Assembly (NCBI GenBank): GCA_016178135.1
Contig: JACOTW010000012.1
Location: 1,064-65,063, forward strand
Source of the DNA: Candidatus Saccharimonadota bacterium
GTDB taxonomy: Bacteria; Patescibacteriota; Saccharimonadia; Saccharimonadales; JACOTW01
Direction: 5' to 3'
DNA: 64,000 nt
Below are positions 1 to 8,539 of this stretch, piece by piece (the first letter of the stretch is position 1; each line of letters begins with the position of its first letter). The notes under the pieces are model-generated. The model searched no databases. It had not been told where the DNA came from and saw only the letters and a list, made by a program, of their open reading frames with translations. Made by a program: the position numbers and the translations under genes.

Positions 1-2976
1 ATCAATGCCACGTTGAGTTTTTTTAACACTGCCCGACACGCCGCGGTCTATAAAATCCAAGGTTACGAATTTGGGCAGTTCACCATGTGATATTTGCCAA
101 GCTAGGGCGTATATCGCCAATTGTTGACTGCTACTTGCTCGTAGTTTGGCTTTTTGAATCGTGTCTACACTACTCATAGTTTTATAGTCCACGATCTCGA
201 TTCCACCACTTTCAGACGGTAAAATCGCATCGAATCGGCCAGTAATTGATAGGTTTATGTCTTTAACGGTAAAACTAAACGGTTTTTCTACGGCAATCGG
301 AATACGTTGTTCTTTAGTAGCTTGGGCATATAGTCTCTTTAGAGTAGAGTGAGCCTGCGTAAGCGATCTTTCGCGATGGCGTAATGAAGCGTAGCCAGCT
401 TTTGGCCACTGTGTTTCAAGCTGATTGATTAACTCGGTAAGCGATGGCAGTTTACCGGCAATTAAGCCAAGATTTATTTCCTCGACCAATCCGTGCATTA
501 TAGATCCGTAGCGTAGTGCTGGACTAGGCTCTTTAGGGATATTCAAAATGTAACAATAATAGAAGTCTAAGGGACAATCCAAATATTTTTGAGCCTGACT
601 AACACTTAAATGTACATGACCGTTATTGAGTATATTGTTGGGAACACGCAAGGATTGTAGGGGCTTATTACCGTGTAAATCTATTGCGTGAAAGGCGGCC
701 TTGTTGGCAGTGGCAGGGCTTGAAAAATCTTGCAAGTCTAATGCCTCGGTCAAAAATCTGGACGGTTTACGTATAGTTGAAGAAGAATGGTGTTCCGAAT
801 ACGTCAAGATTAACTCGTTTCTGGCACGAGTCATGGCAACATACATAAGTCGGCGTTCTTCAGCCATATGAGTATTGGCTTCACTTTCTTGACTTGTGTC
901 CTTACTGGATTTACTGGACTTACGCAAAGCTCCCCCATCCCCAGACCAATTCATCTCGGCTGGTAGCGGTCTGTATTCTCTCGATGTAGCTATGGCTACC
1001 TCTCCTTCAGTCAAACTACTATCTGCTCGAGCTGATTTGCCCTGGGAACGGGCGATTTTGCGTAAGTCCAGTTTAGCTTGGTGATGAGGAGCTTCGCGCG
1101 AATCCAATAGCTTTTCTGGTAGGATAATGCCCCGAAGATTCTCTCGTAGAGGAAATGATTCTTCAGAGCAGTCGGCAACATAGACTATCGGCCATTCTAG
1201 TCCCTTAGCTTTGTGTATGGTGAGGATGTTAACGAATTGATTTGCTAGATCCATAGTGTTATCTTCACCCCCTTCCCCTGCGGCCTGGAGTGCCGGTAAT
1301 GTTTCTATGAACTGAATAGCACTGGGTACTAGAGCAATCTGCTCAAACTCTTTCATGACCGCAAAAAACTGTCCCAATCTGCTGGCAACTATAGCTGAAG
1401 AAGCATCTTCTTCACTGATTTTGTAGAGGCGATCTTTATAGCCACTGTCATCTAATATTGCATAAGCCAATTGTCCAACGGTTGTGATGCCAATTTTTTC
1501 GTGCCAGATTTTTATCAATTCTATAGCACTTCTGGCTTCAGCCAATTCAGGTTCTTCGGAGTTGGTAATATTATCAAGTAAAGATTCGTGCTGGTTTTTT
1601 GTTACTGCGTTTAGGCCACTTAATGTTGAGGCGGGTATTGAGAATAGCGGCCCCAAGAGGGTGTGATATAGACTGGTGTTGTTGTGCGGATCAACAACTG
1701 TCTTAATTGACTCTAGTAACATGCGTACAGACGGATCTTTATATAGTTCATAGCGTTGACCAGTAACGGCGTGTTCAATATCAAGATAATCCAAATGTTC
1801 ATGTAAAAGCTGAATGGTAGTATTGCGACGGGCCATTATGGCAATTGATCCAGGTGAAGCTCCGGCATTTAGCCGTCGCTTGACGTCGTTGGCTATCCAA
1901 GTAAGTTCTTCGTCCAGGGTAGTGAATTTGTATGCGCGTGGTGGTTCACCTGACCTATCACTCACCAGTTGTTTATCTATGTTGAGGCGCACCTCAAGTC
2001 GATGTGGATTATTGTGCTGGATAAGCCGATAGGCGCTTGCCAGTATTTCTTTGGTTGAGCGATAGTTTTGTGTTAGGGCTATTTCTTTAGCTGCAGGATA
2101 ACGGTCTTTAAATTCCAAGATGTTGGCGAGTGTAGCTCCCCTCCAACCGTAGATACTTTGGTCATCATCACCAACCACGAACAAATTTTTTCGCGGAGCG
2201 GCAATTAGATCAACCAGCACTGATTGCATAGTGTTTGTGTCTTGAAACTCATCTACCATGACGTAGTCATAACTGTCTTGAACTTCTTTTAATACATTTG
2301 ATCGTTTTCTTAATAGCTCAATGAGTAAATAGATTTGGTCATCATAATCAATTACATTGGCTTCACGACAAAGTCGAATGTATGCTTCGTAAGCTTTAGC
2401 CAATTCTTGGTACTTGATCTTATTAAGTTTTTCCTCTGGTTGGCTAGTTGGCATATTTTCGACGTATTGATTATGGGTTTCGGGAGTTATTATCTGCTGC
2501 TTGAGTTGTGAAAAATAAGCAGCAAGATCACTGATTAAGCTATCTGGTCTGGCAAGTGGCGCAAAATATTCTAAACCTAATGCATCTACTCTTTCTCCTA
2601 AAAATACAATCTGCGCGCTCTGTCCTAAAACTATGAAATTACGCCCCAAACCAATATCTGCTGCATAACGCCTAAGCAAACTCTCGCCGTAGGCGTTAAA
2701 AGTCATTATTGGTAGCTCAAGTTCATATAATCCGCGTGAAGCGTTAACGCGGTCTAGCATTTCAGTGGCGGCTTTTTCAGTAAAAGTTAATGCCAATAAT
2801 CGTTTTGTCGGTACGCCTTTTTCGATGAGTCGATTAATTCGTTCTACTATAACACTGGTTTTTCCGGTACCGGCACCAGCTACTACCAATATTGGACCTT
2901 TTTCGGCAGTAATTGCTGCTCTTTGAGCATCATTAAATCTCTCGTATGCTGCAATAGAGTTATCCACAGGCTTCAT
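1..2976 (-). CDS. UvrD/PcrA-family ATP-dependent DNA helicase with C-terminal PD-(D/E)XK-like nuclease motif. The 3' end runs off the window start. Carries an in-frame family-A element.
   Basis: Own translation from ATG at 2976: MKPVDNSIAAYERFNDAQRAAITAEKGPILVVAGAGTGKT (Walker A), VDEFQDTN, QNYRS, TIHKAKGLEWP, EERRLMYVAMTRA, IEIVDYKT. Absent from the ORF track, presumably because the ORF has no stop inside the window. Confidence 0.85.
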   Translation of the reverse strand, partial: MKPVDNSIAAYERFNDAQRAAITAEKGPILVVAGAGTGKTSVIVERINRLIEKGVPTKRLLALTFTEKAATEMLDRVNASRGLYELELPIMTFNAYGESLLRRYAADIGLGRNFIVLGQSAQIVFLGERVDALGLEYFAPLARPDSLISDLAAYFSQLKQQIITPETHNQYVENMPTSQPEEKLNKIKYQELAKAYEAYIRLCREANVIDYDDQIYLLIELLRKRSNVLKEVQDSYDYVMVDEFQDTNTMQSVLVDLIAAPRKNLFVVGDDDQSIYGWRGATLANILEFKDRYPAAKEIALTQNYRSTKEILASAYRLIQHNNPHRLEVRLNIDKQLVSDRSGEPPRAYKFTTLDEELTWIANDVKRRLNAGASPGSIAIMARRNTTIQLLHEHLDYLDIEHAVTGQRYELYKDPSVRMLLESIKTVVDPHNNTSLYHTLLGPLFSIPASTLSGLNAVTKNQHESLLDNITNSEEPELAEARSAIELIKIWHEKIGITTVGQLAYAILDDSGYKDRLYKISEEDASSAIVASRLGQFFAVMKEFEQIALVPSAIQFIETLPALQAAGEGGEDNTMDLANQFVNILTIHKAKGLEWPIVYVADCSEESFPLRENLRGIILPEKLLDSREAPHHQAKLDLRKIARSQGKSARADSSLTEGEVAIATSREYRPLPAEMNWSGDGGALRKSSKSSKDTSQESEANTHMAEERRLMYVAMTRARNELILTYSEHHSSSTIRKPSRFLTEALDLQDFSSPATANKAAFHAIDLHGNKPLQSLRVPNNILNNGHVHLSVSQAQKYLDCPLDFYYCYILNIPKEPSPALRYGSIMHGLVEEINLGLIAGKLPSLTELINQLETQWPKAGYASLRHRERSLTQAHSTLKRLYAQATKEQRIPIAVEKPFSFTVKDINLSITGRFDAILPSESGGIEIVDYKTMSSVDTIQKAKLRASSSQQLAIYALAWQISHGELPKFVTLDFIDRGVSGSVKKTQRGID
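914..1071 (+). mobile_element. Family-A hairpin MITE-like element, copy A1 (158 bp), intragenic in helicase
   Basis: Termini CTGGACTTACGCAAAG ... ATTTTGCGTAAGTCCAG. Direct TTTA at 910-913 and 1072-1075. Confidence 0.9.
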
Positions 2977-2983
2977 TATACCA

Positions 2984-3553
2984 TCAGGCTCTATGGTTTT
3001 TTTTCGGACGAACTAATATAATTAACAGGGTTGCTAAAACAAAAAATAGTACGGAGTAAAATCCTACTTCTCCGTATAATTCAATTTTGTAACCTTCGTT
3101 GAAGTTTAAGACAAAGTAACTGATGGCTGTTGTGGTATAGGCGGCGACCGACAAAAGGGTTGTAGCTAAAATTGCTGCGCGGCTATATAAAGCGGCCGAA
3201 ACCAATATTGGTACAGCGTATAACATAACCGCTCGGCTGGCCATCCCTCGCTGGGTATAGACATTGAATGAGGCGGCTCCTATATCGACAAAAATAAGTG
3301 CAAAGACTAAAGCCTTATAAGCACCAGTGCTATTGATTTTATTTTTGGCGAGATACCAAACGACCGTGGATGTCAGGAATAAAATCGCTGTTACAATCCA
3401 GCGATTTAGCACGGCGTTAGGAGCTATTAATTTCCAGGCATCATAAATAATTGTCTGGGCAGCAAAAAGAAAAACATATAAAAAGTGAACACGCGCGAGC
3501 CTGACTGTGCTTGAGCGTAACCAGCTTTGTTTTTCTTTTTTTGCTAGTGCCAT
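2984..3553 (-). CDS. Hypothetical polytopic membrane protein
   Basis: ORF 2984..3616. The internal ATG at 3553 (MALAKKEKQ...) is preferred because the upstream part overlaps a repeat fragment. Several hydrophobic segments. Confidence 0.5.
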   Translation of the reverse strand: MALAKKEKQSWLRSSTVRLARVHFLYVFLFAAQTIIYDAWKLIAPNAVLNRWIVTAILFLTSTVVWYLAKNKINSTGAYKALVFALIFVDIGAASFNVYTQRGMASRAVMLYAVPILVSAALYSRAAILATTLLSVAAYTTTAISYFVLNFNEGYKIELYGEVGFYSVLFFVLATLLIILVRPKKNHRA

Positions 3554-3565
3554 GCATATCACTTT

Positions 3566-3595
3566 AACACGAATTTCGCACTTTTCCATCGCCTC
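3566..3595. repeat. Orphan fragment of the divergent family-A terminus
   Basis: AACACGAATTTCGCACTTTTCCATCGCCTC matches 6252..6280 (ACACACATTTCGCACTTTTCCATTGCCCC) at most positions. Confidence 0.5.
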
Positions 3596-3739
3596 AATAA
3601 TGGTAATGAGAAGCAAAAAGCCGCGTTCTATAAAGGCTCTAGGCTCAAACTCCAGCTCTACGAATCAGGGTAATGATGTCTAATTTAGGGGCACTGGATA
3701 GACCCCATATGACAACAAACTACACTTCTCAAGGCTAGA

Positions 3740-3897
3740 CTGGACTTACGCAAAGCTCCCCCATCCCCAGATCAATTCATCTTGGCTGGTAGCGATCTGT
3801 CTTCTCTCGATGTAGCTATGGCTACCTCTCCTTTAGCCAAACCACTCCCAACTCGAGCTGATTTAGCCTGGGAACGGGCGATTTTGCGTAAGTCCAG
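3740..3897 (+). mobile_element. Family-A element, copy A2 (158 bp), intergenic
   Basis: Perfect 16-nt inverted termini. Direct TAGA at 3736-3739 and 3898-3901. Confidence 0.9.
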
Positions 3898-3926
3898 TAG
3901 ACCTTGTACTCCTTCGCCGGGGTTGT

Positions 3927-4580
3927 TTAACCCAAGATATTGATAGACCGAGCTAGTACGAGGGCAAGAGTAAAAACTGATACCAAAGCCTGTATTCCCA
4001 TGAGTAGTTTGGCTTGGTGGGTAATGGGTTTAGTGTCCGCGGGCGCAAAGTTAATGCCGTTGGTTGTGGAAAGATATAAATAATCAATAAATCCGGGCTG
4101 CCAATTGGCAAAGTCATCACTCATATCTTGCTGAGTAAATTGAAAGTCTTTGTCGTGTTTAGACCACTTACTGCCAGTTAGGCCAGGGCTGTCGATTTCC
4201 CAATACCAAAGTGCGAAAACGATGATGTTTGTTAGGAATATGGCTACTGCCGCGACCAACAGTTCGCGGCCGGACAAACCCTGGCCGTTTGTAATTAGCA
4301 AACGTGCAACCAGAAAAAACGAAGTAATATTGGCCACCGAAATAAGTGCAAGTAATCCGGTCGAGAGCACGCGGTAAAGGGATTTTGCCTGAACATGGCG
4401 TTTCCTGGCGGTAAAACCGATAATAATAGCCAAAGTAATTTCAGTAACAACGATTAGATTGTGTGGTCCGTAGGTCAGCTCTTTGTTGATAGCCCAGACA
4501 ACGACCTGTAGGACTATAGCAACTGCTAGGGCCGATTGTGCGGCCCAAAGCTCATGGCTTGTTATAGGGTGAACCTTCAT
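3927..4580 (-). CDS. Hypothetical integral membrane protein
   Basis: 217-aa ORF with multiple hydrophobic helices. No motif recognised. Confidence 0.5.
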   Translation of the reverse strand: MKVHPITSHELWAAQSALAVAIVLQVVVWAINKELTYGPHNLIVVTEITLAIIIGFTARKRHVQAKSLYRVLSTGLLALISVANITSFFLVARLLITNGQGLSGRELLVAAVAIFLTNIIVFALWYWEIDSPGLTGSKWSKHDKDFQFTQQDMSDDFANWQPGFIDYLYLSTTNGINFAPADTKPITHQAKLLMGIQALVSVFTLALVLARSINILG

Positions 4581-4627
4581 TACATCTAATTATACGACGA
4601 TAATACGTGTCAGGCTAGAAAAAAGTA

Positions 4628-4702
4628 TGGCTGGGACGGTAGGATTCGAACCTACGAATGCCAGTACCAAAAACTGGTGCCTTACCACTTGGCCACGTCC
4701 CA
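4628..4702 (-). tRNA. tRNA-Gln (anticodon UUG), CCA encoded
   Basis: Reverse complement TGGGACGTGGCCAAGTGGTAAGGCACCAGTTTTTGGTACTGGCATTCGTAGGTTCGAATCCTACCGTCCCAGCCA. Cloverleaf with 7-bp acceptor stem and anticodon loop TTTTGGT. Confidence 0.9.
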
Positions 4703-4740
4703 TGAATTGCTAACTACTATATTTTAACGTCTACTGACGA

Positions 4741-4912
4741 TTTTTGGTACTGATAGCCAGTACCATATTAATGACTTTGTTGTCGAAAGCAACAACTGGC
4801 GGTGCCTTGTCACAATCCTACTGCCAGTAAACTGGCAATCGGTTGCGACCCCGCCTCAACATGGTGACATTCGTCAGCCAGGTTTCCGGCCTTGCAAAGT
4901 GCCACTGGCACT
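4741..4912. other. Hairpin-rich intergenic segment (unassigned, possibly a structured RNA or terminators)
   Basis: Four hairpins: TTTTTGGTACTG/CAGTACCA (4741-4765), TTGTTG/CAACAA (about 4776-4796), TGCCAG/CTGGCA (about 4822-4838) and AAAGTGCC/GGCACTTT (about 4888-4910). Confidence 0.25.
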
Positions 4913-4956
4913 TTTCACACTTGGCTACTCCCTATTAATACTAGAACTAGTACATT

Positions 4957-5424
4957 TTACATTCTGTTGCTGTTTAGAGCAATCTGACCCGTAGCCATTA
5001 ATATACATTTAGGGCGTCCATCTATGATTGGGTTTGATTCTCCTCTGTTGGTTGTGCCTGGAATATAGCGGTGCCATTCGCCTAGTAAATTAGTTTCATT
5101 ATCTTCACATACTTTTATAAGGCTTAATGCTACTGCCTCATAGACATGTCCGGCACTTTGTTCTATCTCTATCTCAGGATAAAGCAAACTAATCACCTCA
5201 CCCCAATCACGGGAATACGCTGTTAAGGCTATTTTTGACATATGACCGTATGTTTTTCCGTTGAGCCTATGACGCACAAAATTAAATAATACTTCTGTAT
5301 CTAATGGGGACGGGTTTGTAGGTACAATAATTGGAGGTAGTAAAAAGTCTGATCTCTCGTTGATCGGTATACCTTGATAGCCCAAAGTTTCGGGGTCGGG
5401 CGACGCCACTTCACGTGTGTTCAT
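4957..5424 (-). CDS. Hypothetical protein
   Basis: 155-aa ORF. No recognisable motif. Confidence 0.45.
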   Translation of the reverse strand: MNTREVASPDPETLGYQGIPINERSDFLLPPIIVPTNPSPLDTEVLFNFVRHRLNGKTYGHMSKIALTAYSRDWGEVISLLYPEIEIEQSAGHVYEAVALSLIKVCEDNETNLLGEWHRYIPGTTNRGESNPIIDGRPKCILMATGQIALNSNRM

Positions 5425-5673
5425 GTTTGCATTTCCATAGCTTTTTATAAGATGCCTATTATTCCACTATGCTCCGTTTCTAAAATGTGTCAAGTATTTA
5501 TATGGTTCATGACGTAAATTGCTTTAGAATGTCATGTTTGTCTCATTTAACTGATAACGAACATAAGGCGCAATGGTTCTAGGCCGGTATGTCCAGCCAG
5601 GATTATTACAATACGTCTCGTGCTATTTTAAAAATATAAACTCACCTGATTTAATATTGGCTTATCGACAGGG

Positions 5674-6168
5674 CTAAACCGCAAATATGTTACCAACTAT
5701 TATGCCGATCATGGTTGCCAAGCCACCTATTATGAAGATTTCTAAAGCACTTTTGATTGGTGGGACATCAACAACCTTGCCCTTCACATAACCTAGTGCT
5801 AACAAGCATATCAAGGCTGCAATTATAGCAACGTTTCTTGAATAGCTAATCGGGAAGAAGATAATGGCCAGTAATGGTACTAAGCCAGCAAGAAAATACG
5901 CCCAAAACATAATAATGCCACTTACTACGGGAACTCTAAAAGACTCACTTTTATCAAGTTGATGAGCAGATTTAGAACTAAGATACTGACCTGAACCCAT
6001 AGAAAGAGCTTCAACTAAAATAGTTACTACGCCAGCCAAGATAACCACCTGTTTATTGCGCGTGCCGGTGCTGATACCTACAATGACACCAGTTGTTGAG
6101 ACCAAGGCATCATTAAACCCAAACATAGCACTCTGTAGATATTCTTTTTGTATACTGGATTTTCTCAA
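5674..6168 (-). CDS. VIT1/CCC1-family membrane protein (iron/manganese transporter-like)
   Basis: FGFNDALVSTTGVIVG and EALSMGSGQYLSSKS resemble the conserved VIT-family segments. C-terminal TM helices. Confidence 0.65.
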   Translation of the reverse strand: MRKSSIQKEYLQSAMFGFNDALVSTTGVIVGISTGTRNKQVVILAGVVTILVEALSMGSGQYLSSKSAHQLDKSESFRVPVVSGIIMFWAYFLAGLVPLLAIIFFPISYSRNVAIIAALICLLALGYVKGKVVDVPPIKSALEIFIIGGLATMIGIIVGNIFAV

Positions 6169-6246
6169 GATTTAACCCCTAAATAACATTGTACTCCAGC
6201 AGACCTCTTTCACAACCCTCCAGGGGCACAACAAACCACAATGTTA

Positions 6247-6580
6247 TTCCGACACACATTTCGCACTTTTCCATTGCCCCAGTTCACTCCTAACTGGCTA
6301 CAAACTATTGATCTGCCCTCCATGTAGCTACAGCTACCTCTCCATCAGTTCAACAGTTTTCGCTCAGCTATAGCCATTCCAAAACAAAATGACCAAATTT
6401 TGAGTGATGGATGATGAGTCTAAAAACTAGCTTTCTTTGACTAAAGCATATCCGTAGATATGCTGCAGACAAAAAAGTAGTTTTTAGATCATCAGGCGCA
6501 GACAAAAATGGTCATTTTGTTTTGGGATGGCTATAGGCGCAAACTGGCATCAACGGCTAAGTGCGAAATGCGTGTCCGAG
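6247..6580 (+). mobile_element. Composite: divergent family-A element (termini GACACRCATTTCGCAC) interrupted by a family-B-like element
   Basis: 6251-6268 GACACACATTTCGCACTT is the inverted complement of 6559-6576. The interior aligns to A4 (GGCTACAAAC...GTAGCTACAGCTACCTCTCC...CAGTTTTCGCTCAG) up to the nested insertion. Confidence 0.7.
6368..6536. mobile_element. Family-B-like variant element (169 bp) nested inside the composite
   Basis: Termini CTATAGCCATTCCAAAACAAAATGACCA ... TGGTCATTTTGTTTTGGGATGGCTATAG. Confidence 0.75.
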
Positions 6581-6589
6581 TTAAGGTAT

Positions 6590-8482
6590 CTAAAGCTTGC
6601 AAATGGCTAGGGTACATTTGATTTTAACGGATTTTGAAGGACCAGCCGCACGATTACCGTCCCTGTCAACTGCAAAAACCCGATAGTTAAAGTTACTAGT
6701 TTTGTTTATATTGTCTGTGTAATATTGATCATCTGGCGAGTTGACGTATAGCTTAACGGCTGGCTTATTATCTGTACTGCGCCATACCTCGTATCCCTTG
6801 ATCTGGTTATCATCCGTAGCGAATGGCCAAGATACATAGATCTTACACTTAGACTTAGCCGAACAATTATTTTTCCACCAGTTTGTATCAAAACCACTTT
6901 TCATGCTCGCGTTACTTGGCCAAACCGGAGCATTACCACTAACGGTTTGCGTAGTCGTAACCGTAACTACGACACCACTGGATGTTGTATCTAGTCCTTT
7001 ATCATCAGTAGCTTTGGCTTTAAATGTATAGGTGCCTGCCGGATAGTTACTGATACTAAATGAATAGGGGGACGATGTATCGGTGCCGATTTTAGTATTG
7101 GCTGAATAGAATTCAACCTTGCTAATTGTACCATCTTGATCATTCGCACCGGCAGTTAGCGTGAAGTAAGCCGGAGCTACAATTGTTGCCGCTGGATTTT
7201 TTAGGGTTACTGTGGGGGCTATATTATTTGGTGGTGGCGGTGCCGACTTGGCTAATACCGTAATCGATAATGACGTACTGGCTTTATTGTTATTAGAAGA
7301 TGAAGAGTTATCAGTGGCAACTGCACGTAGGCTATGAGTGCCCGGAGCTAAGCCACTAACCGTCGTACTGTAAGGAGCTGTGTTGTTGACCGATATACTG
7401 GTGTCGCCGTTAAAAAACTCTACTTGCTTGATGGCTCCATCGGTGTCATTGGCATTCGCTGATAATGTAATGGAGCTTCCGGCAGCAAACTCTTGACCGT
7501 TGACGGGGCTTGATATGCTGATAGTTGGTGGTAAATTAGTGGTCGAGCCTTTATTATCGCCACTGGTTCGGCACGGTGTACGTGGTCCGTTGAGGTCCAA
7601 ATTCATTAAATAAGCGTCATAGTTTTTGATGGATGCATCTTTACAGCTGGCACTCGTAGGCCAACTACTGGCACCACCTTTATATTCAATTACAAAGACT
7701 GCCTTATTAGCGTTGACAAAAGGCTTGTAAGTATCACATTCATTATATTCATAACATTGCTCTACAATCGCAAAGTCATGGGCGCTTATTACAGATTTGC
7801 CGTTAGGCAGGTTTTTATTGACTAAATCGCCACTATTTTTTAAGGCTACTGATAGATTAAAGCTATGTCCGGTATTGGTAAGAAACTGTAGATAATCTAA
7901 AGTGGTTGTTTCGTTGAGTGGTATATTGCTGGCATTTGTATAGGCATCAACGTTATCTGGTTCTATGCCATCGCAACCCAAGCTACTCATGGTTTGGATG
8001 CGGTTATACATTATGGATCGTACATTGGCTGAACGTGTGTCAACAATAAGTTCGCCCTCCCATCCGGGAAGTTGTCCGAATGTATCACCGGGAAGAAATT
8101 GGCTATGATCTGGTCGCCAATCTTCATCCGTTCCGGCCGAAAAGTAACAAATAACAGTTATGCCCTTGGCCTTAATACTAGCAATTTGGGTAGCATTTGA
8201 GTTGAGGTAATCAAAATCATAAACTTTTGGTCCGGATTCGGCGTCCATGACTTTTTCGTTTGGTGCGCCTTGCAATAACCACGCGAAACGACTATTTGGT
8301 TCCACTGGCTTTAAGGTCGATGCGGCAGAAATGCTAAGTGTTAGATAGGTGCCTATTACCCCAAAAACTATTAAGGCAAGCCACCTTTTACTGATTTTGC
8401 TTATGAATTTATTGGATGACGACCGTAGTTGTTTGGTGGTATTAGATTTTTTTTGCTTAGCAATTTTTGTAGTTTTTTTCAT
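6590..8482 (-). CDS. Secreted GH114-like (endo-alpha-1,4-polygalactosaminidase-type TIM barrel) protein with Ig-like repeats and an FN3-like C-terminus
   Basis: N-terminal signal/TM. VICYFSAGTDEDWRPD ... GWEGELIVDTR ... GCDGIEPDNVDAY resembles the Glyco_hydro_114 pattern. Two repeated about-90-aa beta-rich modules. Confidence 0.6.
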   Translation of the reverse strand: MKKTTKIAKQKKSNTTKQLRSSSNKFISKISKRWLALIVFGVIGTYLTLSISAASTLKPVEPNSRFAWLLQGAPNEKVMDAESGPKVYDFDYLNSNATQIASIKAKGITVICYFSAGTDEDWRPDHSQFLPGDTFGQLPGWEGELIVDTRSANVRSIMYNRIQTMSSLGCDGIEPDNVDAYTNASNIPLNETTTLDYLQFLTNTGHSFNLSVALKNSGDLVNKNLPNGKSVISAHDFAIVEQCYEYNECDTYKPFVNANKAVFVIEYKGGASSWPTSASCKDASIKNYDAYLMNLDLNGPRTPCRTSGDNKGSTTNLPPTISISSPVNGQEFAAGSSITLSANANDTDGAIKQVEFFNGDTSISVNNTAPYSTTVSGLAPGTHSLRAVATDNSSSSNNNKASTSLSITVLAKSAPPPPNNIAPTVTLKNPAATIVAPAYFTLTAGANDQDGTISKVEFYSANTKIGTDTSSPYSFSISNYPAGTYTFKAKATDDKGLDTTSSGVVVTVTTTQTVSGNAPVWPSNASMKSGFDTNWWKNNCSAKSKCKIYVSWPFATDDNQIKGYEVWRSTDNKPAVKLYVNSPDDQYYTDNINKTSNFNYRVFAVDRDGNRAAGPSKSVKIKCTLAICKL

Positions 8483-8539
8483 AACCGTCCTATTCGTATT
8501 ATAAATAACATGAGTTCAAAATCCAGTATACTATAAATT

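Noticed and set aside
896-1084. 62-aa plus-strand ORF (MSLLDLLDLRKAPPSPDQFISAGSG...). Similar ORFs lie at 16943..17236, 18847..19245, 27609..27857, 43623..43847, 53633..53815 and 57810..58064.
   Set aside because: They are translations of the stop-free plus strand of family-A repeats. They are mutually similar only because the DNA repeat is, and several lie antisense to well-supported genes.
4741-4950. SRP RNA, RNase P RNA, tmRNA or 6S RNA in the tRNA-Gln upstream spacer.
   Set aside because: None of the expected signatures were seen: no GGAA-tetraloop helix-8 motif with AGCA, no GAGGAAAGTCC, and no tRNA-like end with a tag ORF. It is kept only as an unassigned structured region.
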